IMG/VR virus record: IMGVR_UViG_3300046786_000502
Coordinates: 32,001-96,000 of that record
Reading direction: 5' to 3' (one strand)
DNA from: a virus
Length of the DNA stretch: 64,000 bases
Position numbers and translations under genes: made by a program. The first letter of the stretch is position 1. The number at the start of each line of letters is the position of its first letter. Of the stretch, positions 51,494 to 59,751 are shown in pieces. Under the pieces are notes generated by a model. The model was not told the DNA's origin and ran no database searches. It saw only the letters and a list, made by a program, of their open reading frames with translations.

Positions 51494-51512
51494 GAAAGAC
51501 TATATATATTGA
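51414..51512 (+). CDS. Lys-rich micropeptide MKCLQKILNTLASLKASRRYKKAIKRKKDYIY
   Basis: Own TG-n-TACAAT element just upstream; its stop overlaps the carbamoyltransferase TTG start. Confidence 0.55.
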   Translation: MKCLQKILNTLASLKASRRYKKAIKRKKDYIY

Positions 51513-52927
51513 AAATCTTTGGCTTTAACGAAACCTCTCATGATGCTTCTGTGTCTGTAATTAAAAATGGAATGATTCTATTTGCTGGTCATGCTGAAAG
51601 ATATAGCAAAGAAAAAAATGACTGGTATACGAACAAAGAATTGTGGAATGACGCATATATGTGGGGCAAGCCAGATGCCATTGCATACTATGAAAAGCCG
51701 TGGCTAAAGAAGATTAGGCTATCTTTGCGTGGTGGTGCTGCAGACTGGAAGCCATTACATAGATATGATGTTGCATTTAAACATCACTACTCTCATGCAT
51801 GTGCAGGATACTATACTAGCCCATTCGACAAGGCAGTAATTGTTGTCCTTGATGCGATGGGAGAGTTTGCGACATCTACTGTTTGGTCTGGCGATGGCGA
51901 AGATATAAAGTTAGTCAAAGAAGTTAAATATCCGCTAAGCTTTGGTCTATTTTATACTGCTTTTACCAAACTAATAGGACTAAAGCCAAATGAGCACGAG
52001 TACATTCTTATGGGAATGGCAGGGTATGGAGATCCAACAACCTACTATGAAGACGTATTATCATATTTTCCCAGCATAACTAGCCAGAAGTATAACTACC
52101 ACAAGGGGATAACAGACTGGCCATACAACATTCTTAAAGAACAGGACAAGTTTGACATTGCTGCTGCTGTTCAGTTTGTATATCAAGAAAGACTAATGGA
52201 GTTTATGTCTAAAGTTAGACAGGACCTACCAGAATACAATAATCTTGTTTTTATGGGTGGGTGTGCCCTGAATGCCTCAGCTAATACAAAGCTTTGGGAT
52301 CTGTTTGATGATATTTGGATAATGCCAAATCCAGGAGATGCTGGAAGCTCTTTAGGTGCAGCTCTTGCACTACGTGGACAGCATGTTAAGTGGGAAGGCC
52401 CATATCTTGGGCATGATCTTGGTAACGAATACCCAGTTGATGCAATCTTTAATGAGATAATGACAAATAAAATTTGTGCTGTTGCTGCAGGTAGAGCAGA
52501 GTTTGGACCACGTGCATTAGGAAACAGAAGTATCTTGGCAGATCCACGTGACCCAGATATTAAAGATAAAGTTAATCTAATTAAACAAAGAGAACTCTTT
52601 AGGCCATTTGCCCCTGTAGTCATGGCAGAACATGCATCTGAATGGTTTGATATGGATTATGAATCTCCATACATGCAATACACACCCAAGTGCCTCAAGC
52701 CTGAGCTGATTCCATCAGTGGTCCATGTAGATGGTACATCTAGAGTTCAGACAGTCACAAAGGAGCAGCATCCAGGGCTGTACGAGGTTCTGAGACGTTT
52801 TTATGAGGCAACTGGAGTTCCAGTACTACTGAATACCAGTTTAAATGTAAAGGGCCAACCATTGCTTAATGACAAAGAAGACATTAAGCTTTGGGAGCAA
52901 ACATACAATACCAAGATTGTGATATAA
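51509..52927 (+). CDS. Carbamoyltransferase (NodU/CmcH family)
   Basis: HDAS, ERYS..K, HHYSHA, MGMAGYG, GGCALN, GDAG, EFGPRALGNRS, RPFAP, LNTS.N. Confidence 0.95.
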   Translation: MKIFGFNETSHDASVSVIKNGMILFAGHAERYSKEKNDWYTNKELWNDAYMWGKPDAIAYYEKPWLKKIRLSLRGGAADWKPLHRYDVAFKHHYSHACAGYYTSPFDKAVIVVLDAMGEFATSTVWSGDGEDIKLVKEVKYPLSFGLFYTAFTKLIGLKPNEHEYILMGMAGYGDPTTYYEDVLSYFPSITSQKYNYHKGITDWPYNILKEQDKFDIAAAVQFVYQERLMEFMSKVRQDLPEYNNLVFMGGCALNASANTKLWDLFDDIWIMPNPGDAGSSLGAALALRGQHVKWEGPYLGHDLGNEYPVDAIFNEIMTNKICAVAAGRAEFGPRALGNRSILADPRDPDIKDKVNLIKQRELFRPFAPVVMAEHASEWFDMDYESPYMQYTPKCLKPELIPSVVHVDGTSRVQTVTKEQHPGLYEVLRRFYEATGVPVLLNTSLNVKGQPLLNDKEDIKLWEQTYNTKIVI

Positions 52928-52934
52928 TTTTAGT

Positions 52935-53132
52935 ATGTCAGAAAGCATGTTTGAATCATTATTTGGCTTTAGTAAAAAGCCTGCAGAAGCTCCTGTGGCA
53001 GATAGTATGCCCCTAACAAATGGAGAGGTGTTTGGAGATCTTAATCCAATTCACCAACGTATCAGTGACGCTGAGTGGGGTTCTAATCAGAATGGACTAC
53101 CTGACTCATGGCAATTGACAACAGACCAGTAA
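52935..53132 (+). CDS. Hypothetical protein
   Basis: 65 aa; TATAAT-N6-ATG. Confidence 0.6.
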   Translation: MSESMFESLFGFSKKPAEAPVADSMPLTNGEVFGDLNPIHQRISDAEWGSNQNGLPDSWQLTTDQ

Positions 53133-54088
53133 ATACAAAAACTATATTTGTAACCATTCCGTCTTACAATGACGTATCTCTTTTGCGTACCCTAGACAGG
53201 GCATTAGAAACAGCACGGTATCCAGAGAACATATACTTCTGTATTGGGCTACAGTATTCTGAAGAACTTATGCCAGATCTATCTAAGTATAAAGACAACC
53301 CAAATTTTATTTTCCTAACATACGATGTAGATAAACGTCCAGGAGTTTATTGGATTAGAAGAGAGATGGCAGAGAAACACTCTGACCAAGACTACTTCCT
53401 AATGATAGACTCACATATGAATTTTGTTGAAAACTGGGATGTTAGATTAATCAATGACTACGAGTCATTAGTTAGACATCATGGTACAAGGACAATTCTC
53501 TCTAAGCCAACAATGTCTGAGGTTGGACATACATTTGATAATGGGCATATACATGATATCTGTAGGTGGAAAGCAGACTTTTCTTTTGATCCAAACAGTA
53601 TAGAAAGAACAATACTGCCATGGGTTGATATGGTTCCATGGGATGGAACAAGATTTATTAAGCACCTTTTATCATGCAGCCACTTCTTTTTTACTAACAA
53701 GCTTTGGCTTGAAGAGGTTGGGTTTTTCAATACCATCAGATCATATAGTGAAGAAATGACAATCGCTGTTTCATCCTTTTTATCTGGATGGGACTTCTAT
53801 TCTATGCCAGAATTTATACACATAGGTCATGATGATGACGAAACATCAAAGAAAATCTACGGAGGAATGTATACTCTGGCACAGGGTAAAAGGTATCAGG
53901 CAATCTTTGAGAATGATGAACTAAAGAAAGAGATTGATAGTTTTTGCTTGCTGGACAACTCCAATATCTTTAAGGTAAGAAATCAGGCAAGATCGATAGA
54001 TGAGTTTTATATTGAAGCTGGAGATGAGATATCTGATGCAAGAAAACAGCTATTGATTAATTTAAATCTAAATCAATTCCAAGCTTAA
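53108..54088 (+). CDS. GlcNAc-transferase family (Gnt1/GT60-like) glycosyltransferase
   Basis: IFVTIPSYND, ARYPEN, QDYFLMIDSHMNF..NWD, SEE...GWD. Confidence 0.82.
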   Translation: MAIDNRPVNTKTIFVTIPSYNDVSLLRTLDRALETARYPENIYFCIGLQYSEELMPDLSKYKDNPNFIFLTYDVDKRPGVYWIRREMAEKHSDQDYFLMIDSHMNFVENWDVRLINDYESLVRHHGTRTILSKPTMSEVGHTFDNGHIHDICRWKADFSFDPNSIERTILPWVDMVPWDGTRFIKHLLSCSHFFFTNKLWLEEVGFFNTIRSYSEEMTIAVSSFLSGWDFYSMPEFIHIGHDDDETSKKIYGGMYTLAQGKRYQAIFENDELKKEIDSFCLLDNSNIFKVRNQARSIDEFYIEAGDEISDARKQLLINLNLNQFQA

Positions 54089-54845
54089 GCTGCCTATCTT
54101 TAATTAGCTCAAGGTTAAGTTTATATTCTTCATCCATTTGCTGAGCCCATTCGCTTTTACGAACCATGTCCTTAATCAAATGATATTCTTCTGGCTTTTC
54201 TGTTGGCAAACCATTTGCAGCACCACTCGAAAAGTTAATGTCATCAGAAAAGTGTTCGGTTAGATGTTTTACTCTATCTTCAACTTCTTCTTTTGACAAC
54301 ACTCTTACATTATCCGACACACCAACTAGTCTGTGTATGTGTGGCAAGATGTCTGCAACCATAGATGTTGTCTGCTCAAATGTAAATGGTATAACTCTGT
54401 TAATTGCTTTTCGTAGTCCATAGCTATAGCCAAGCCACATCATAGACTCCTGATACATTGACTCACGAATGTATTCTTCTTTTTGTGTCTTGAAGAATTC
54501 CATATTACCCTCAACAATCTCTGGTCTTCCAGCAATTGTTGCGTTACCATAACCATAAGATGTTTTTAAAATTTGCGAGGCAACGGCATCAAAAGGATCT
54601 CTCATTGTAGTAATCATGCTAATAGAGTCATCAAAGGTAGCATGAAAAAGCAATGGGTCATGTGCTAGGGTAATCCAGGTATCCTTATGGCTCCATTCGC
54701 CAGCATACCTTGGCTTATGCAAGTCTCTCTGATTGTGTCCATAAGACTCACGTAGAGTGTCAAAAAAGAATGAACTTGCTGACCGTGGCATGAAATTTAA
54801 AATTATTTTATACAAGACTTCCCCTATATTCGCATCGTTGTGCAT
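54057..54845 (-). CDS. Sulfotransferase-like P-loop protein
   Basis: 5'PSB-like MPRSASS and 3'PB-like MRDPFDAVAS motifs. Confidence 0.6.
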   Translation of the reverse strand: MHNDANIGEVLYKIILNFMPRSASSFFFDTLRESYGHNQRDLHKPRYAGEWSHKDTWITLAHDPLLFHATFDDSISMITTMRDPFDAVASQILKTSYGYGNATIAGRPEIVEGNMEFFKTQKEEYIRESMYQESMMWLGYSYGLRKAINRVIPFTFEQTTSMVADILPHIHRLVGVSDNVRVLSKEEVEDRVKHLTEHFSDDINFSSGAANGLPTEKPEEYHLIKDMVRKSEWAQQMDEEYKLNLELIKDRQLKLGIDLDLN

Positions 54846-55941
54846 TAATTATATCACGATACACGTCTGAAGGAATTTCGATGCCTTCATTAAAAGCAAT
54901 TTCCTTGATTGCATCCACAAATGTTTGGTCAGATATGTATGCTGAGTTTTTTAAACATACCCTATCATCATTTTTAATCTCTAATGTTATTGGGTCATAG
55001 CCTAGAAAGTTTATAAACTCAGATATAGATCTGGTCTTATATGCTCCCCACGGTAGGTCATACCCTATATGACCACTCTCAAACACTTCCTTGAATTTCC
55101 TATATGATTCTTTGACCACATCAAGGTAGATACCTTCTAGCTCTTCTGTTTCCCATCTCACATGGCGATGCAAGTCTTTGTTCTTTTTGTGATCATCATC
55201 CCAATAGTCAAAGTTATTTGTATACATGTGAATTGGAGATACTACCTCATATCCTGCAGTCCAGGTTCTTAGAAGCATTATCTGTTGTTCAAATGGCTGT
55301 GCCATCTCCATTGGGTGTTGCACTGTTTTAGCATAATAAGCATCAGTGAATACACAATTACCATTATAAAATTTTTCTTTTATCATTAGGTTGTTTGGCT
55401 TTACGTGCACCCTGCCATTAAGAGGTGTGACTGCAGGTGATCGAATTACATCTTTAATTGACTCCCACTCTTCAAGATTTGCATATGCGGTTAGTGGGTC
55501 TGCCCACAGTGGGTCTTCCCATCCCAAAAAGTATACTGTTTGAGAATTGATTATACTTTTTCCAAAAGTTCTATTTGCAATAAGGTGCTCAGCCTTAAGC
55601 ATTATGTCCCAATTTTTTCTAAACTTTGTGTGTGCATCTACCTGCATCCAATATTTTTCATCAGTCATAAAAGAATCAACGATATCTCTTTTAATTTCAC
55701 ACAGAAATGGAGAGGCATCTCTGCCGTGAACCACCTTTAGCTTAAGATTAACTATCTCAGATAAAGATGCAATCTTTTCAATCATCCACTCGTCACCATC
55801 CAGCACCTGTAGAAGTACTCCATAGGTTATGCTATCTGGATTTAATGCCTGACTATGTGCAGACATGATCGTTTCATATACCATTGGATCTCTCCATGCT
55901 GGTATGGATACAAAAATACTCAAATTCTTCCTCTCAGCCAC
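54808..55941 (-). CDS. GlcNAc-transferase family (Gnt1/GT60-like) glycosyltransferase
   Basis: IFVSIPAWRDP, EKYWMQVDAHTKF..NWD, FEQ...RTWTAGY. Confidence 0.82.
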   Translation of the reverse strand: MAERKNLSIFVSIPAWRDPMVYETIMSAHSQALNPDSITYGVLLQVLDGDEWMIEKIASLSEIVNLKLKVVHGRDASPFLCEIKRDIVDSFMTDEKYWMQVDAHTKFRKNWDIMLKAEHLIANRTFGKSIINSQTVYFLGWEDPLWADPLTAYANLEEWESIKDVIRSPAVTPLNGRVHVKPNNLMIKEKFYNGNCVFTDAYYAKTVQHPMEMAQPFEQQIMLLRTWTAGYEVVSPIHMYTNNFDYWDDDHKKNKDLHRHVRWETEELEGIYLDVVKESYRKFKEVFESGHIGYDLPWGAYKTRSISEFINFLGYDPITLEIKNDDRVCLKNSAYISDQTFVDAIKEIAFNEGIEIPSDVYRDIINAQRCEYRGSLV

Positions 55942-56159
55942 TCACGCTGTTTGTGACAGTTTGAGCAAACAACATCACACTTTTTTACTTCACGCCAAGC
56001 AGCATCTTTTCCATGTTTTCTGAGAACCCTATAGACAAGGTCTATCTTCTTTACACCAGGACGGTGATCAAATTCAAGTATATAGTGGGGGTACTTGACC
56101 TTACAGTCTTTACACCCCATCCGTTCCTTGTAGGCCTGAAACTCAGAATACTGATTCAT
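55920..56159 (-). CDS. Small HNH endonuclease
   Basis: CKDC, EFDH, KCDVVCSNCH. Confidence 0.85.
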   Translation of the reverse strand: MNQYSEFQAYKERMGCKDCKVKYPHYILEFDHRPGVKKIDLVYRVLRKHGKDAAWREVKKCDVVCSNCHKQREWLRGRI

Positions 56160-56197
56160 TACATATATTATATCAAATTTAGCGGTATAATGAATGT

Positions 56198-56422
56198 ATG
56201 AATATTGAAGCTTATGACAATGAGATTGATGAAAGACATCAACTATTGCTACAAAGAATAGATGATATCACATCTGAGATATATAGTCTTGGTGCCATCG
56301 AAGAAAGACAAGCCATCATGGGCAAGCTAAGAACCTTGATACACCTAAAAGATTACGAAAATGATGAGATTGCATCTGCTGTCCTTGGTTGGGCATATGA
56401 GCAGTTAGCATCGGCTGACTAG
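56198..56422 (+). CDS. Hypothetical protein
   Basis: 74 aa; TATAAT-N6-ATG. Confidence 0.65.
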   Translation: MNIEAYDNEIDERHQLLLQRIDDITSEIYSLGAIEERQAIMGKLRTLIHLKDYENDEIASAVLGWAYEQLASAD

Positions 56423-57252
56423 TGTCACCTGCTGCAAACCCACGTGATCCTAAATTTAGTTCTGCCTTATGGACTAGGACATCTGACAATACCAGACTAT
56501 CTGATTTTAAATATATCCCTGCAGAAAAAATACTAGACAATCTAAATGCATCTGAACTGCTGCATGGCATGAATGGGTTCAGGATGTGTGAACATTTTTC
56601 AAATCTTGAAGACTTGCCAACAAAAGATGAACACCTTATTAAGCTAAACAATAATAAGAAGAATGTGCTATTTGCAGGCTGCTCAATGACATCTGGGACT
56701 GGCTTAGAGATTGGTGAAAGATGGGTAGACAAGGTATATCTAGATTTAAATAAAGATAAAGAATATTCTGGACTGTTTAATTTAGGTCAAGAGGGTGGGG
56801 GTATGCAAAGTCAGATTAGGTACATATTTAAATATTGCCAAGAATATGGGATACCAGACCTAATCATTTTTAATATTCCAGACTTCTGGAGAATGACAAT
56901 TGACGATAATACATACAAGGTATACTCAAGCAGCCCATCTACCTATTCTCAGGATGCTGTGGGTAAGCTTGTATGCTCTGCTGGCAAGCAACTATATGAA
57001 TCCCTAGAGATCTTTTGTGATTTAAATAAAATTGATTTACTTTCATTTTCTTGGGACAGGGTAACAAATAGTATATTAAAAGATTTTAAGACATTCATGC
57101 TAATTGATGAAAAAGATATACAAAAAGAAATCTTCAATTATGATGATGGTGGCAAATATGCTATACTGGCAAGAGACGACATCCATCCAGGAACTGCCAC
57201 CCATATGGCATGGTCAAAAAGAATACTTGACAAATTAGCCCAAATGCTGTAA
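56422..57252 (+). CDS. SGNH/GDSL-like hydrolase or acyltransferase
   Basis: NGFRMCE, LFAGCSMTSG, NLGQEGG, DDIHPG. Confidence 0.7.
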   Translation: MSPAANPRDPKFSSALWTRTSDNTRLSDFKYIPAEKILDNLNASELLHGMNGFRMCEHFSNLEDLPTKDEHLIKLNNNKKNVLFAGCSMTSGTGLEIGERWVDKVYLDLNKDKEYSGLFNLGQEGGGMQSQIRYIFKYCQEYGIPDLIIFNIPDFWRMTIDDNTYKVYSSSPSTYSQDAVGKLVCSAGKQLYESLEIFCDLNKIDLLSFSWDRVTNSILKDFKTFMLIDEKDIQKEIFNYDDGGKYAILARDDIHPGTATHMAWSKRILDKLAQML

Positions 57253-57261
57253 ACTATTTTT

Positions 57262-57417
57262 ATGGCAAAACACAGAGAAGAAACAATGTATTGGCTAGAT
57301 CGTTTACGCATATACGTATTCTTTTTAAAGAATAGGTGGTACTTTTTCGTTAAGCCAAAGCTAAAAAAGAAACTAAATAATATAAAGAGTTATATTCAGC
57401 AACGCCTGGGGCAGTAG
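57262..57417 (+). CDS. Small basic aromatic protein (51 aa) overlapping the tRNA 5' end
   Basis: TTGACA-N17-TAAACT-N6-ATG; MAKHREETMYWL...KPKLKKK. Confidence 0.5.
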   Translation: MAKHREETMYWLDRLRIYVFFLKNRWYFFVKPKLKKKLNNIKSYIQQRLGQ

Positions 57418-57481
57418 TTCAGGTGGTTAGAGCACCACTCTTATAAGGTGGCTGTCGTTGGTTCAAGTCCAACCTGCCCTA
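57408..57481 (+). tRNA. tRNA-Ile(TAT)
   Basis: ggggcag/ctgccct acceptor; ccact-ct-TAT-aa-ggtgg; discriminator A. Confidence 0.88.
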
Positions 57482-57512
57482 CAAACAAAACAAATAATGA
57501 TTGGAGAAACAA

Positions 57513-57803
57513 ATGATTAAACCTCTTGAAGATAAGGTTCTTGTAAAGCCTATTGAGGAAGAAGAAAAGACAAGTGCAAGCGGATTGATTATCTCAAAGC
57601 TTGAGAAAGAAAAGCCAACAGAAGCAATTGTTATTGCAGTTGGTCCTGGATTCACTGCAGCAAATGGAGACAAGGTCACTATTGACCTAAAGCCAGGTGA
57701 CAAGGTTATCTATTCTAAGTACTCTGGTACTGAGGTTGAACACAACTTTGAGAATTTTATTATCCTGCCATACCGTGACATTTTTGCAGTAATCGAGGAA
57801 TAA
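57513..57803 (+). CDS. groES: GroES co-chaperonin
   Basis: IKPLEDKVLV, TASGLII, AVGPG, GDKVIYSKYSGTEV. Confidence 0.95.
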   Translation: MIKPLEDKVLVKPIEEEEKTSASGLIISKLEKEKPTEAIVIAVGPGFTAANGDKVTIDLKPGDKVIYSKYSGTEVEHNFENFIILPYRDIFAVIEE

Positions 57804-57970
57804 TGGAACACTTTCTAGATGTAGTATTTGGTGTAGATCACATCGTTGCAGAATTTTTTTGGAATGCAGTATTTGCTTTGGTTGTATTTTTATTTTCTAA
57901 AGCAAATGCACTACGAAAAATTCATAAATATATTGATGATAGGCACGAGGTAAAGCATGACAAGTACTGA
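57803..57970 (+). CDS. Small membrane protein (55 aa, not in ORF track)
   Basis: TAATG-coupled; hydrophobic core. Confidence 0.6.
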   Translation: MEHFLDVVFGVDHIVAEFFWNAVFALVVFLFSKANALRKIHKYIDDRHEVKHDKY

Positions 57971-58172
57971 GCTGTCCTGTAATTGGCCAGAGTCATATCT
58001 ACATGTTACACAAAATCTGCTCGATGATCAACGCAAGCATCAAAGGTTTGCGGTTTATAATGAAATCATCAAAGATCTTGAGTCAGAATTATATGCAAAT
58101 AAGGGTGAAGATTTGTACTATGCCACAGCGATTGAGTCTCTAATAGATAGGCTTAAGAGCAAGGTGGCATAG
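57957..58172 (+). CDS. Hypothetical protein
   Basis: 71 aa ORF. Confidence 0.55.
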   Translation: MTSTELSCNWPESYLHVTQNLLDDQRKHQRFAVYNEIIKDLESELYANKGEDLYYATAIESLIDRLKSKVA

Positions 58173-58180
58173 CCCATCAT

Positions 58181-58254
<74 letters not shown>

Positions 58255-58273
58255 CAACTGATATAATATTATT

Positions 58274-58822
58274 ATGGTTAAAGTAATTAAGAATTTTGTA
58301 AGTCCTGCAGATGCAAAGACGGTAGTTGACTTTATAGAAGATAATCACAAGCAATCCTTCAAATACAACGATGATCGTAAACGCTTTATGTTGCGATTTG
58401 GTTATGATGAAGAGCTTCCAGACCAAGCAATACATAGCATGTATGTTGTATCTAGCATTAGAAATGTTCTTATAGATATTTTTAAAAAGACAAATAAAGA
58501 AGTTGGATATGATGTATTTCTAACCTCATGGTTTATGTCTAAACAAATTCCTGGAGCCAAGCTTACACCACACAAGGATGGCTGTGATGGTCTTAATGAG
58601 CACCTAGACTACACCGCAATGCTTTACCTAAACTCATCTGCTGATGGTGGAGCAATTGGCTTTACAGAAAGCGGTATTGAGATAGTTCCTGAACTGGGTG
58701 ACCTAATCATATTTAAATCTCAAGAAGATGAGCACTATGTAACTGATGTATTAGAAGATAGATATTCATTGCCAATGTGGTTTTCAAAAGATCAGAGCAA
58801 GAAGTTTGACACAAATCGTTAA
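58274..58822 (+). CDS. 2OG-Fe(II) oxygenase (P4Hc-like)
   Basis: PHKD, TAMLYLN, GG...F, GDLIIF, EHYV, RYSLPMW. Confidence 0.82.
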   Translation: MVKVIKNFVSPADAKTVVDFIEDNHKQSFKYNDDRKRFMLRFGYDEELPDQAIHSMYVVSSIRNVLIDIFKKTNKEVGYDVFLTSWFMSKQIPGAKLTPHKDGCDGLNEHLDYTAMLYLNSSADGGAIGFTESGIEIVPELGDLIIFKSQEDEHYVTDVLEDRYSLPMWFSKDQSKKFDTNR

Positions 58823-58840
58823 ACATGCTATACTTATATA

Positions 58841-59035
58841 ATGACAGAAAATGCCAAGTGTCCAGGATGTGGAAATCTAGAGGTGGTTCCAATCCAGTAT
58901 GGCTATCCCACACCTACACTAATTGAACGTGCAAAGAAGGAAGAGATTGCATTAGGTGGTCTTTATGATCACGGATATACGCACTATTGTTACAAGTGCC
59001 ACGAAACATATCCAGCAACAGAATATCCTACGTGA
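58841..59035 (+). CDS. Small zinc-ribbon protein
   Basis: CPGCG..VVPIQYGYP...LGG...CYKC; TTGACA-N17-TATACT-N6-ATG. Confidence 0.75.
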   Translation: MTENAKCPGCGNLEVVPIQYGYPTPTLIERAKKEEIALGGLYDHGYTHYCYKCHETYPATEYPT

Positions 59036-59145
59036 TTTACATCACATCGCAATTTGCTTTTAAACTTAATATATGGTAAACTAATACATAGTATGAAGAC
59101 ACCCTTTAACAAGGTGTCTTTATGCATCTATAGGAGGTACTAAGT

Positions 59146-59751
59146 ATGATAAGACCAGAAGATAATCCGAAGGTCATCATGGCTGGACTCACAGTCATCG
59201 CAACTCTGGTGACGTTTAGTCAAGTTTCTGCTGCAAATGCAGAAATGATAAACAAACCTGGTGTTGCCACAGTAGGGGCTCCTACACCGTCTCTGTCTCC
59301 CACAGCAACGGTTGTAAAAGAACCCTCTATTAATAAGCTGGTTGCTGAAAATGCAAAAAAGCTAACTACAACTAAATATGATGGGAGCGATGCATTAACT
59401 CCACGTGAGTTACAACTTTTGCTTTATAAAGTTGGTTTTCGTGGTCAGAACCTAAAAGAAGCCTGGTGTATAGCAATGAGAGAGTCTTCAGGCAGACCTA
59501 TGGCTCACAACACAAATGCATCTACTGGTGATAATTCATATGGATTGTTTCAAATCAATATGATTGGTTCACTTGGTACGGATCGTCAGGACAAGTATGG
59601 GCTAAAAACCTATAATGACCTGTTTGACCCAGTCACTAATGCTGAGATTGCATTTCAAATGTCCAATGGTGGAGAGAATTGGTCAGCTTGGAAGGGCATG
59701 AATGCAGGTGCAAGACAATGGTTAGATAATTACCCAGGCAATGTTAACTAA
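59146..59751 (+). CDS. Secreted lytic transglycosylase (SLT/lysozyme-like)
   Basis: Signal peptide; IAMRESSG, SYGLFQIN, LFDPVTNA, WSAW. Confidence 0.85.
   Translation: MIRPEDNPKVIMAGLTVIATLVTFSQVSAANAEMINKPGVATVGAPTPSLSPTATVVKEPSINKLVAENAKKLTTTKYDGSDALTPRELQLLLYKVGFRGQNLKEAWCIAMRESSGRPMAHNTNASTGDNSYGLFQINMIGSLGTDRQDKYGLKTYNDLFDPVTNAEIAFQMSNGGENWSAWKGMNAGARQWLDNYPGNVN

Noticed and set aside
51509-52927. Carbamoyltransferase as a DNA hmC-modifying enzyme
   Set aside because: No dCMP hydroxymethylase/ThyA homolog or DNA cytosine methylase in this window and the neighbours are glycan enzymes. Disfavoured but not excluded without the rest of the genome.
54057-54088. Convergent 3' gene overlaps (also 36113-36121, 60172-60217, 61056-61087)
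   Set aside because: Short tail-to-tail overlaps are common in compact phage genomes; no further signal.
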